Source: Podarcis pityusensis (taxonomy: Eukaryota). Taken from it: a stretch of 64,000 bases of DNA. The DNA is taken from the NCBI GenBank assembly GCA_964106645.2, contig OZ067043.1. The stretch is one strand, 5' to 3'. Below the pieces are notes generated by a model. It searched no databases. It saw only the letters and a program-made list of their open reading frames with translations, and was not told the DNA's origin. Made by a program: the position numbers and the translations under genes. Of this stretch, positions 35,901 through 47,188 are shown in pieces (the stretch's first letter is position 1; the number at the start of each line of letters is the position of its first letter).

Positions 35901-38900
35901 GATCCCTTCATGTGGCTAACTTTTATCTAGATCATCAGCCGTTCTCCTCAACAGAAACTAGTTTGTCAGCTTCTAAGACTGTATGAACCCCCCACCCCTC
36001 ACCCCATTTGCTCTGCAGTCATCATTATACTCCCACTGCTTGTTTGGGAAGAGGCAAAGCCCACATTATCCACAATCCGTATCTCTCTTGTGGTTTGTTA
36101 TGAAATAAATACTGTGTTTTGGTGCATTTTCCCACACACCTGCTTTGAACCAAATTGAGAAAAAGAGCCACCTAGTTGCATTTCAAGCCAGTGATGTGTA
36201 CACAGCCTAACACACATTTCTCTCCACTGCAGTGTGTCTTCTGGAAATTCTGTCATGCATTTGATAAGGATATTTGATTTTATATCCCTTCCCTCCCCAT
36301 TATCATAGCTACCTCACCCATGTGTTGGCAAACAGGATCTCTGCCCCCCCCCCCCCAAGGCTAACTGTAGCATGGAGTGGGGAAAATTCTGTTGTAATCA
36401 CTAAGGGGAGAAGGGTTAAATTTCACCACCACCACCCCAGCATGCTGTGTTCCCAATGAACATTGCTGCTTGGCACTTGCAATTTTTTAAAAAAACAATG
36501 TTAGAGAAACCATTAGCATCATGCGTAGTTACAGGTAGGTAGTTGTGTTGGTCTGCCGTAGTCAAAACAATTTTTTTAAAACAAATTCTTTCCAGTAGCA
36601 CCTTAGAGACCAACTAAGTGTATCTGAAGAAGTGTGCATGCACATGAAAGCTCATACCAATAACAAACTTAGTTGGTCTCTAAGGTGCTACTGGAAAGGG
36701 GAAAAAATTATTTTGTTTCATCGTGTGTAGTTAGGCTCCTAGAAACATAAGAAGTTTCATTAGAGTAGGCCAAACTATTGGTCTATCTGGCCTGGAACTG
36801 TCCAAAAGTGAAGAAGCATTTCACATCATGCACTACCTGATTTTCTTAGCACACTGAAGAAAGGCCCTACAGGAGTGGTGCCTTCTCCCCTTCTGAAACT
36901 TCCTCACACCCAAAGACTTGAGCATGGCTATAAAACTCTTATTCCAAGCTGACTGGAGCCCTGGAGAGAAGCACAACCCGTGACAGGCTGTGGTGACTTA
37001 CTGGCCATTTCTTACAGCTTGTGCTTGTACAAACACTTGTATTAATCTCTATGACCACAGTTCTATTTGCCATGCACTTGCTTCCTCTCATCTCACAGTC
37101 CAGATGACTTTGGGTATTTGTGGTTACAATTGTCACCCTATTCAGCTNNNNNNNNNNNNNNNNNNNNNNNNNNNNNNNNNNNNNNNNNNNNNNNNNNNNN
37201 NNNNNNNNNNNNNNNNNNNNNNNNNNNNNNNNNNNNNNNNNNNNNNNNNNNNNNNNNNNNNNNNNNNNNNNNNNNNNNNNNNNNNNNNNNNNNNNNNNNG
37301 ATCTATTGGCTGAAACAGCTCAGGACATCTTCTGCTTTTCTCGCACTTTTGAGGATCTCACTTGCTTTTGGGATGAACCAGCACATGTGGATGGGGCATA
37401 TCGGCGCTTCTTCTATACATACAAAGGGTGAGAGGTTTTTATACATAGCTATGATCCATAGTCCAGGCTGTCTGGAAAGTTTCCAGTAGAAGAATACTGC
37501 AGCTCCTTGAGGTTTCCCACTGCCCACTCTCTTCATCTCCACAGAGACAGAAGCCGAGAATGCACTCTGAGGTCAGCAAAGCACAGTGATGGAGGCTGGC
37601 GCCATGTCTGCATCTTCCCCAGGAACCATCAGGATATTCTGCTCTTTGCAGAACTCCACATCGAGGTGTTAGACACCATTAGTAATCACACCACTCGCTC
37701 TCAGGATCTCTCTGTGGCGTCTGTTGGTAAGCCTTCCTTCGGATTTGAGAAGCAAGGAAATGTGGCGTGACATTAAAAACAATTTTTAAACACTTAACAA
37801 TCACAAAACATGTGATGGCTCCTGAAAATATGTATCTCAGGTGTCATCCTTAGGACATGGTCCTAAATCCCACCCACCACTGGCAGGGCTTGTTGAGTGG
37901 TACAGCCATCACTGCATCAGGATTCCACCACTCACAGATATACCATTAGCAAGCTTCCTGTCTGCACACACATTTAGAGGGCAAAAGGGGGACAGCTGAG
38001 TGAAGGGACACCTCTGCCTAATCCAGCCCCCAGCCTGGCAAACAACAACAACCAACAGTACTGAGGATGAGGCCATATGTATCTCCCTGGGAAGGAAGTT
38101 CAAAGGGGTGGGGCACTGGCACCTGCCAGCCAAACAACTCTTGCTGGTGGATCAGGGAGCAGAGCCTGCCCTAAGGATCTCACAGTAAAATCTGAGCATG
38201 AGGAGGAAAGCCAGAGGCAAAGGGAAGGGTGGATAAAGTGGAGGTCACATAAATAAGAAATGAAGTTACACCTACTTAAGCTTCACACTTGAGGATGTGA
38301 CACCATCAAATTCTTGCAAACTTTCATTTCTACATTTGGCTCTGTCCATATGGCTGCCCTTTTCCTAGAGGCTAAGAAGTAGTGCATCCGGCCAGAATGC
38401 GGATGCCTAGATTGACATACCTGTCCCATACCACCAGAGCTTGCCCTTGCTAGCTGGAGAACTGCAGCCCACCTTTCTGCTGCTTTGTTGTTGCGTGCTG
38501 CAGTCCCAAGAAAGCAACCTTGCAGCAGACGCAGCCAAGTCCCCAGCATTCTTGCTTGCCTCTGCAGATTCCTGCACTCCCAGTTGTGACTACCACACAG
38601 AGAAGCATTCCACTGTAAATATATTGCATATACAGGAGAAATGTAACAAATCCACATATTATGTATTTATTAGAACACTACTTGGGGATTTACTGTTGCT
38701 TCAGAGATTGAAACAATGGTAATATTTACTGCACCACTTAAGTGTTGAAATTATATCTTCATCTGTCTTTGTTTGTAAATCCCATAGTTTTCTATCTACG
38801 TTTGTAAATCCCACAATTGTCTATCTATGCTTAGGTCTGATTGCTCCACCAATGAATGTAACAGTGGTGTGGCCTGGAGTGGCACGACAGTTGCACGTAG

Positions 38901-41900
38901 CCTGGACCCCCCCACCTTTCCACTATGCAGACTTCTTGGCCTATGAGGTTCTTTACAGTGCTGAAGGCTCCACAGAGCCACCATCCAGGGTATGGCTTAT
39001 ATGGGGCAGGGGAGGTTGTGGTGTATGACACCTGCAGGGCAGCTGGCTGTGTCTAAAACTCTAAGCAGGACACCAAGCTCTGTGGCTATCAAGTAGGGGT
39101 GAAGGAGCAGTTCAATGCGGTTTGCATTTATAGGTGAGCCTACTTATTTTGCACATTCTGCAACACTACACGAACCTTTGAACTCTACAATTCTATGATC
39201 CTATGAAAACACAGACATCCTTCCAAATTCAGAATTCTCTGAATTTTGCAGTGCAGTTCTCCAGCCAAATAGTGTGTACAAAAACACAAATACTAGGATA
39301 AAATGTGCCTACAAATGCACATATTACTGAAAATAGCATACAAAAATGCATTAGATAAGGGAAAACACCTTTGCCAAAATGTGTGTATTATGCAAATGAA
39401 GCAGCGTAAAAGGGGAGAAATTTGCAGTAAAATGTTGCTAAATTTTCATGAGCACTTGTTGTTAAACAATTTGCAAACAGATGAGCTATCGGGGGAAACT
39501 ACTTCCACTAATCCTTACATGTGCCTGATTCCATCCCTCATAGATGGAAGTGAAGAACAGCCATACATGCCGCCTCAGAGACCTGCTCCCTGGGCACTGC
39601 TACCACATCCAAGTGCGCACCAAGCCTGATGGCCTCTCTCTTGATGGGCTCTGGGGAACATGGTCTCCAGTAGTATTAGCAGAGACACCCCATCTCCCTG
39701 GTAAGTGTCCTGTTGTTTGGTAAACAGTTGTCATGGGGATCTTAGTTGCATTACTTTCGAACAATGCACTATGACTGCATACATATTGTTGCACGCCACC
39801 CCAATCTCCAAGCAGTGAGAGTTTCAAGTTGTTTCAGGTGCTTACCCGGGGTTTGGTTTCCTCAGAATGAGGGACATTGGAGGGACACAATTTCTCAGAA
39901 TGAGGGACATTGGAGGTAATATGAAATGCTTCCAAGAAGCACTTGTTAAATCTTCAGAGCTTTATTGCTTTACAATAAAGAGCAAACACCAGAATATGCC
40001 AATCACAAAAAAGAAATGCTTATTAAACTATGAAAGGTAATATATGAAATGCTTCCAGGAGATGCTTGTTGAATTATGAAAGGTAATAAGCACCTGGACT
40101 AATTAAAACAGCATACATCTCCCTTGCAAAATAAGAGATGAAGAGCAATAGGAGTATCTAACTGAATCTTCACTGACTTCCTCAGAGGAAGGTAAATCTC
40201 ACTGCGGTTGTAATCTGTATTTTGACCCAATAAAGTTTTTCATTAGATTTCTATCCCACTCTTCCTCCCCAAGGAGATCTGGGCAGCTCCTTTTAAGAAA
40301 TAGAACCCCATAAAAAGAAGTGTCCAGGCACCAGAAATCCTAGAGGCATATATCTGAGCACCTGTTGCCATCAGGGTGGAACCTATGCCTTCCCCACCGT
40401 ATTTTAGCCGTCTCTTTGTATTGTAAATAGTTGTTTCACCAATGCTGACATAAATTGATATGTGCAAAAAGCAACAACCATTTATTTCCGTCAGGGAGGT
40501 GGTAGTGGCAGTAGTAGCTGATCTCTAGTAAGGCAAGGGGAGCTGAGGTGGCCTTGGTAGGAACAGGGGCCTGAGGAAAGAGGAGCAGACTGAGAGGGAG
40601 GAAAAGGCCATCCATCTTGGGTGTGCCACAGTGGCCAGGTGAAGGCCAGGATCTGTCTTTAATGTGAGGGTGCAGAGGATGTCCATGTGTTGTCTATGAA
40701 GGCAGGGTGGTGTGGAGGCAGAGGATTGGTTTGGGAAGAAATGGGTAGAGGCAGGAACCAGTAGCAAGCAAGCAAGCAAGCAAGCAAGATCGTCACTGTT
40801 GCAACAGAGTCCCCCACCCCTGTCCCGCTGCAGGAAGGTAAGGACCTAGAACAAAAGTGTATAACAGCTTTTAAAGGCTTTAGAAATTGCACAACCCCTT
40901 AGCCAAAGACCACCCAAAAGCATCATACAACCGTCACAGAAACAGGCAGTCTACAACATAAATTTGAGAGTTTGGCTTGTCTCCTGTTTCTCAAGATACC
41001 TGATAATGCTTGCTGACTTGCATTATCTTTGCCAGTTGGGGCCATCTTGTGAAATAGTATGTACCCTAGTTTCTGAAACCATTGTCACAGACCTCTCCCC
41101 TATTCATAAACAAAGTGTGCTCTTTTGAGTGAATTTGAAGGATTTGTAAGTGAAAAGAACCATTGGGGAAGGTTTTTCCATGGTATTTCCTTCTGCAGAG
41201 AAATATTTGGGGTCTGAAATATCTCAGGCATGTGGTTTATGTACTTAAGTTTTATTTATGACACCTTAGAATTCTTATGACAATTCCACATTGTATTTAA
41301 AAGATGCTGTCTTACTCCTGATTCCTCTCACTCTCTGTTCTGCCAAGAGGAAATTGGCCTGCAGTGCTTCACTCCTGACCTACGCCAATTGCACTGCTGG
41401 TGGAAGTGGGAGACCACAGAACCTGGCCCCTCTCAAAGCATATTGTACTGGGCAGAAGAGAACAGCAGAAATTCAAGGTGACACAACAACACTCCGCCCC
41501 CAAATCCTGGGCTGTCCTGCTGCCGTAGTTATGATTGCTGGTGTCCACAGTTCATCCTCCAAAACACCCCTGCCTCCCCCTCAACTCTCACATGTCCACA
41601 ATAGGCAAAGCTCTGAATCAGCCTTGCCTCTGAAGTCACCCAAGGCTGCCCCCAAATATTCATATCATCTAGTCCAACCCCATACCAAGCAGGGAAATGA
41701 GGTGGGTCACTTTTGCCTATGTGGTCTTGCACATGTCCAGGGACTTTCTTTTTTAAAGATGTGTACGCAAGTACCTGTGTAAGAAGTAAAAAGGTAGTGG
41801 AGGCAGAGGAGGAAGAATGATTGAGAGGAGGGACAAAAAAGAAATCCTGGGTATTTTTCATCAGGCTCTGCCCATTAATGCATACGGCAAGCACCAAAAT

Positions 41901-44900
41901 AGCAATGAATCTATTGACTGGGAGGAAACTGGAGTGTGCGGGCATTTGTGAGCCAACCATACATGCAAAAAGAAAAAATGAGCTTCAAATGACCTGTTTG
42001 CAAGATAATGCCTCTGTGTGGACATAGCTTCTGTTGATATAGCTGACTCCATCCTCACTCTTGGTTTCCAGAATGCAAACCTGGCAGAAGTGTGAGGGGA
42101 AAGAAGAGGAGATTAAGCCCCACTATGATCGCCATAACCAGACATGCACCTTCCAGCCTAGCAACACAAGTTATATCTCTGTCCTGGTGATTCTCAGCCA
42201 GGGACAGCAAGAAGTCAACTACTTGAAAGAGCCATTCCAAATGCACCATGTTGGTAAGAATCTCCAACATGTCTGGGCCACGGCACCATGGCTGCTGTCA
42301 GTCTGCATTTTGGGGGTAGCAAACTGTCCTGAAGAGCAGGAGCATCAGGCGGTGTATAGTGCTGTTTGCACTGCATTGGGCCTCTGCCGCTTCTGCAAAC
42401 TGAGCTGACTTGACCAGCCATCTCTCTCCCTCTGATTACAGTACTCACTGCCCCACCAAGCATCCTGCAAGTCACTGTAGACAGAGGTGTGCTAAAGCTG
42501 GAGTGGGCACCACCACTGGAAGAATTAGCTGAACATATGGTGTATCAGATACAGTATGCAGAACAAGACATCTCAAAATGGAAGGTAATATAAAAATGTA
42601 TGAGGAATGCATGAGAGAGTATTAGGACCACACATCTGTTGCATTAGATACCCTTTTTTCCCCTTTCAGTACTAGAGCACAACTGGAAACATAAGGGAAG
42701 TGCCTTTGATAAAAACACATAGCTTTTCCCAGGAAACACTCCCTGGCAACAGCTGAAAAAAAGGAAAGGAAAGAAAGGCTAATCCAGTTGCAGGCTGCAT
42801 TAATAGAGCCATAGTTTCCAAAATGAGAAGCAATAGCTCCACTTTATTTTGCACCAGGACCTCATCTGGATTACTGTGTGCAGTGCTGGGCTCTTCACTT
42901 TTAAGCTATAGACAAAATGTAATGAGTTCAGTGGAAGGCAATGAATCAGTGTCAATAGCATGAATTATGCTCCACCCCCAGCCATCACCATTGGTCTAGG
43001 AGACAAGCACAAGCTGAAGGGATGTGTGTCATTGTTGGAATGTTCAGTCACCAAACTGATCTCTGTTTATACATGTCCTGAGGCATGTGAGACCACAGAA
43101 AAGAGCTAAGGCTATAAAACAGCTTTTATAGAACATGTTATTTTTGCAGCTCAGATAGAGTGGCTATGGGGTTCTGACCCAGTTCTTCTGAAGTAGCCAA
43201 TTATATATAAAGGAGCTCACCTGATCCTGCCTCACCCAACAGGGCCCAAACTTCCATCTTCCAGTCTATGGTGCCCTTGGTCTTTCACTCAGTTCCTCCA
43301 GCCTGTTCAGCGTTTTGGGGTGAGATGCAATCACATACTGGCAAAATCAAGTTGCACAGTTCAAGTGAATTTGGTGTGCTGGAAAGGGTGGGCTAACAGT
43401 TGTTTGATACAGTGTCATCTGACCTCTCTGCAAACAAATTGGGATGAATATTCAATAAATAGCTAATATCATCTAACCTCCATGTAAATCACTGATCTTC
43501 AACTGGTAGGTCAGGACCCTGCGGTTCAGCCTTTCTCAATGTTCTCAAAGATGTTGAACTACAATTCCTATGATTCCTAGCCAGTGTGGCCAATGGTCAG
43601 GGATGAGGGGAGTTGTAGTTCAAGAACATCTGGGGACTCAAGGTTGAGAAAGGCTGTTTTAGTTGACAATGGACTGATCCAAGGTGGGTCACAACAAGAG
43701 CACTCCCACCTTGCAAATATATGGCAAAAGATTAAGAAATGGGTTCTCAAATGCATTTTGGGGTTAAAAGTGGGTCCTGAGTCTGATAAGGTTGAAGATA
43801 CTTGCTGTAAACAATTCAGAGAGAATGCTAAATAAACAGGTTGTCTGGAAGCAACCCAGGTCAATTATCTTTTATAATTCCACTGCTCCATTTTGTCATT
43901 AAAAAGCCTTTGATCAACATGCCAGGCTTTTCCAAAGAGGTTTGTGAACTTTCTGATACAATTGCCCTCAACCCTTGTAGAGCTGTCTTCTGGCAGCAGG
44001 ATTTCTGGCAAGTTCATGAAAAAACCAAGAGATGCTGCTTTTTTTTGTTTTTTGTTTTTTGTTTTTTTGTTTTTTTTTTGCCCTAGTTGCAATTTGCGGA
44101 CCATCTTCAAGGACAGTGTCACATGCCATACTGCCATATCTGGCTTATGAATTCAAGGCAATCAGCCAGATGGGAAAAGTTAGGGACTTAAAGATGCTAC
44201 ATCCTCCAGTTTTTCAACACAAACAAAGCCTTTCACAAAGTGGGGGAGTGAGTGTGAGAAAGAGACCCATGTTAGAAGTTTGTACTGGGATCAGATGAGT
44301 GATGCTTGAGGACCAGCAAATACAGAGCAAAAGCAGTCTCACAGCTCTGACCCAGATAGCACAACTGCTCTAGGTTCTGGATGTGAATCTAACCAGCTAA
44401 GCACACCTAATGGGGCTATTCTCTGGGCAGACTCTGCAGGTGCAGTACTCAAACAGCAGTGAAATTCATCTGGCAGCCAGGGGCCACTGCTGCCTTCAGC
44501 TTCGTGCTCAGCCAGATGGACAGAAGTTCCAAGGGAACTGGAGTGTGTGGTCAGAACATGTGTGCACTGATGTCCCACCTGATTCAGGTAAGAGACCACA
44601 AATAGAAATGTAGGGTTGGATACAGGCAGTGTTTTTTTTCTAAAAAGAAATGTTTAGGGGTACTCTCATTTTCCTACTCATATTGAAATACTGCCCCTCA
44701 AAGAGGCCAAACTTAAATTCACAAAACGTTTAGGGTTATGCGTACCTCTGCATCCCCTGAGGCCCAAATGGGCATTTAGAAAAGAGCTGACATAGTTTGG
44801 TAACACAGCTTCACCCTTTGTATCTTCCCTAGGTTCAACCATCTTAAATGTGACACCTGCTCTGTTGCTCTGTGCAGGGCTTGTATTGGGGCTGGGCTGC

Positions 44901-47188
44901 ATCTTCCTGTCCATTCACAGGTAAATTTACATCATCTAGCATTCACCTTCAATACTTAGTTTTATTTTGGGAGCTAGTTGCAAATTGGAGAAACTGTTAT
45001 GGACACCATGCACAGACAATAATCACAACCATGCACATGAATGTATAGTAAACACACACACTCCCACCTTCACCAGCAATTAGGCTTGGAAAAAACCATT
45101 TTTGCTCCCCTGCCTCCCACATCAGAGATATCTTCCTAGAGTGCAGCTGGAAAGGACGTTTGTACACATGCATCCAGGAAGTTCACTCACATACACATAT
45201 CCTGCAACAATTAGGTTTGAGCAAAGTCTCCTATTGGAGCCAAGAGAGGACTTTTTCCATTCCTGTTTGCAAAATGTCCCTCCCCTGATGCAATTAGGCA
45301 TGAAAAAAGCCCTCTATTAGCTCTAGTCTAGTAGTAGACTTTGTTCAAACCTAATTGCAGAGGAGGTTCTACTGGGGGAGGAGGTTTAAAGCTGGGGAGA
45401 ATTAACTCCCCTCCCCAGCTATCACCCTCAACATTGAAAGCTCACCTCACCCCACCGGTGGTGCCATGATTAGGCTACTATTAGCTACAATAGTAGGGTT
45501 CTTTCAAATTGCTCAGGGTTGGGGTGGACTGGGGTTGATGTAAGACCAGGGGTAGGAAACCTAAGGCCTGGGGGCCGGATGTGGCCCAATCACCTTCTCA
45601 ATCCGGCCCACGGATGGTCTGGGAATCAACGTGCTTTTATGAGTAGAATGTGTGCTTTTATTTAAAATGCATCTCTGGGTTATTTTGGGGACCTGCCTGG
45701 TGTTTTTACATGAGTAGAATGTGTGCTTTTATTTAAAATGCGTCTCTGGGTTATTTGTGGGGCATAGGAATTCGTTCATTACCCCCCCCCCCAATATAAT
45801 CCGGCCCACCACATGGTCTGAGGGACAGTGGACCAGCCCACGGCTGAAAAAGGTTGCTGACCCCTGTGTAAGACCAAAACAAAAAACCACACTTTGGGAT
45901 GGGGCTGTGATAGAGGCAGATTTGCTTCTGTTGAGATCAGCTGGGTTCCCTGAATTTCACATGCTCATTGTTCCTTGTTAAGCAGTCTGAAACAAAAGCT
46001 CTGGCCGCCCATCCCAGACCTTCACCACATCCTGGATGGATTCCTTGAGGACAATGGAAAGCACCAGGTGAGGCCTTCCTCTTCCATACAGGCACCAACA
46101 CCAATGTTGTTGGTGGATAGGACAGGAGACCAGAGTAATCATTTTTAAAGGTGGTGAACAGTATGGCTGCCTTACTGTCTTCCAGTTCTGTTTTGATGGG
46201 AGCCTGCTTCAAGTTTGCAAGGCTTCATGACTGACATGAAAACATCAGGCATAAGTTTCATAACTCTAATTAGTCTTTTCCTTGATGCAGATTTATAAAT
46301 CCTGAATTGTGATTTGTAAATGTTGTCATAGTGGAAGTTTAAGAGACAGCATACTTTGTCTGAAGCAGCATTAAGAGTCATTTTAACGTGGCGAGTGAGA
46401 ATACACCAAAATAGGGTATCTAACAGTGACAAAGAGGGCTATAAATACAGAACCATGAAACTGACATTTCTCTCTGCCTTATTTCTTATAGTTTCCAGCA
46501 GAATTGCATTAATTCCCATAACAAAATCTCATGCTGATGTTGCTTCTGTCAGCTATCCTCTCCCCAGGGAGATTTTCTGTCTGAAGTTGGGATGGCAAAT
46601 ATGTGCCCCCAGGTATTTTGTAATAGGAGTGTTAACATGTACACAGAGATAAGTATGCATGTACACATTTACCTCCACACTGTAGATTGGAGAGGGTGAA
46701 GCCCAGGGACATTTTTGTGTTTCTGATGTTGCTTCCTTCCCATCTTCCAGGTGAATGCTTTCTTCTGCAACAAAACTTTAGAGGACACACCTTTGACTTG
46801 CCTGCTGGAAGTCCTGTCTGAGATACCCCTGGAAACACGTAGCAGTAGCCCTCTCCTAGATAGTACTCAGCTGCACCAGACAGAAAGGGACACCCAGGCT
46901 TCTTCACACTTGTACTACATGGTGCCAAGTCCTAGCAATCCCCAAGGGAATAATAATGAAAATGAGTATTTTGGTGTCACTGATGATGGACATGACACGC
47001 TCTCACTGCCCTTGGAACATGATCTACACATAACTTCGGAACTGAAGGTCCAGCTAAGTATCTTCACCTTGTTCAGCACACCACTTTTGGCTCCTGACAC
47101 AAAAGAGGAAAGAAGATGGGAAACTTCTGGGGACGAGTCTGTGTCTGCCACACACATATCAAACCAGTCTTACCTGCTTGTGGGCTGA
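32857..47188 (+). CDS. MPL: Thrombopoietin receptor MPL, whole gene, 12 exons (~647 aa)
   Basis: CFSRTFEDLTCFWDE, WGTWS and WSVWS motifs, TM, Box1 LWPPIPDL, Box2 LLEVLSE, C-terminal HISNQSY; exon phases consistent; synteny. Confidence 0.96.
32990..33193. mobile_element. hAT-type MITE at the start of MPL intron 1
   Basis: TIR CAGAGCTTTCCAAA; exact 8-bp TSD GTTTAGGG. Confidence 0.88.
34396..34637. mobile_element. Tc1/mariner-type MITE
   Basis: TIRs CAGCGGTACCTCGGGTTA/TAACCTGAGGTACCACTG, TA flanks; same family as 49193-49410. Confidence 0.88.
36588..36698 (+). mobile_element. Penelope-like element remnant: 32-bp inverted repeat enclosing a hammerhead motif
   Basis: CTTTCCAGTAGCACCTTAGAGACCAACTAAGT (36588-36619) and its exact reverse complement (36667-36698). 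Confidence 0.7.
36620..36657 (+). ncRNA. Minimal type-I hammerhead ribozyme motif
   Basis: GTAT-CTGAAGA-A-GTGTGC-AT-GCACAT-GAAA-GC-TC-ATAC: stem I GTAT/ATAC, core CUGANGA and GAAA, UC cleavage site. Confidence 0.7.
37148..37299. other. Assembly gap (152 N)
   Basis: Run of n. Confidence 1.
37300..37427 (+). CDS. MPL: MPL exon 2 (5' edge probably in N-gap)
   Basis: DLLAETAQDIFCFSRTFEDLTCFWDE; GG|gtgaga. Confidence 0.92.
37545..37726 (+). CDS. MPL: MPL exon 3
   Basis: RECTL...RHVCIFP...LSVASV. Confidence 0.92.
38835..38989 (+). CDS. MPL: MPL exon 4
   Basis: GLIAPP...QLHVAWTPP...DFLAYEVLY. Confidence 0.9.
39544..39700 (+). CDS. MPL: MPL exon 5 (WGTWS)
   Basis: QVRTKPDGLSLDGLWGTWSP. Confidence 0.93.
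41348..41477 (+). CDS. MPL: MPL exon 6
   Basis: aag|EEIGLQCFTPDLRQLHCWW. Confidence 0.88.
42072..42253 (+). CDS. MPL: MPL exon 7
   Basis: WQKCE...CTFQPSN...YLKEPFQMHHV. Confidence 0.9.
42442..42584 (+). CDS. MPL: MPL exon 8
   Basis: VLTAPP...LKLEWAPP...YQIQY...WK. Confidence 0.92.
42800..42945 (+). mobile_element. Degenerate CR1 LINE fragment
   Basis: Similarity to the CR1 ORF2 3' region (CCTCATCTGGA.TACTGTGT.CAGT.CTGGG). Confidence 0.5.
44431..44587 (+). CDS. MPL: MPL exon 9 (WSXWS)
   Basis: LQLRAQPDGQKFQGNWSVWS. Confidence 0.92.
44833..44920 (+). CDS. MPL: MPL exon 10 (transmembrane)
   Basis: GSTILNVTPALLLCAGLVLGLGCIFLSIH; phase 1 to phase 2. Confidence 0.88.
45547..45866. mobile_element. 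hAT-type MITE in MPL intron 10
   Basis: TIRs CAGGGGT.../...ACCCCTG; exact 8-bp TSD TGTAAGAC; internal ~47-bp duplication. Confidence 0.88.
45983..46067 (+). CDS. MPL: MPL exon 11 (Box1); alternative start 45986
   Basis: SLKQKLWPPIPDLHHILDGFL; tandem AAG/CAG acceptor. Confidence 0.9.
46751..47188 (+). CDS. MPL: MPL exon 12 (Box2 and cytoplasmic tail)
   Basis: LLEVLSE...THISNQSYLLVG-TGA. Confidence 0.9.
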   Translation: MNAFFCNKTLEDTPLTCLLEVLSEIPLETRSSSPLLDSTQLHQTERDTQASSHLYYMVPSPSNPQGNNNENEYFGVTDDGHDTLSLPLEHDLHITSELKVQLSIFTLFSTPLLAPDTKEERRWETSGDESVSATHISNQSYLLVG

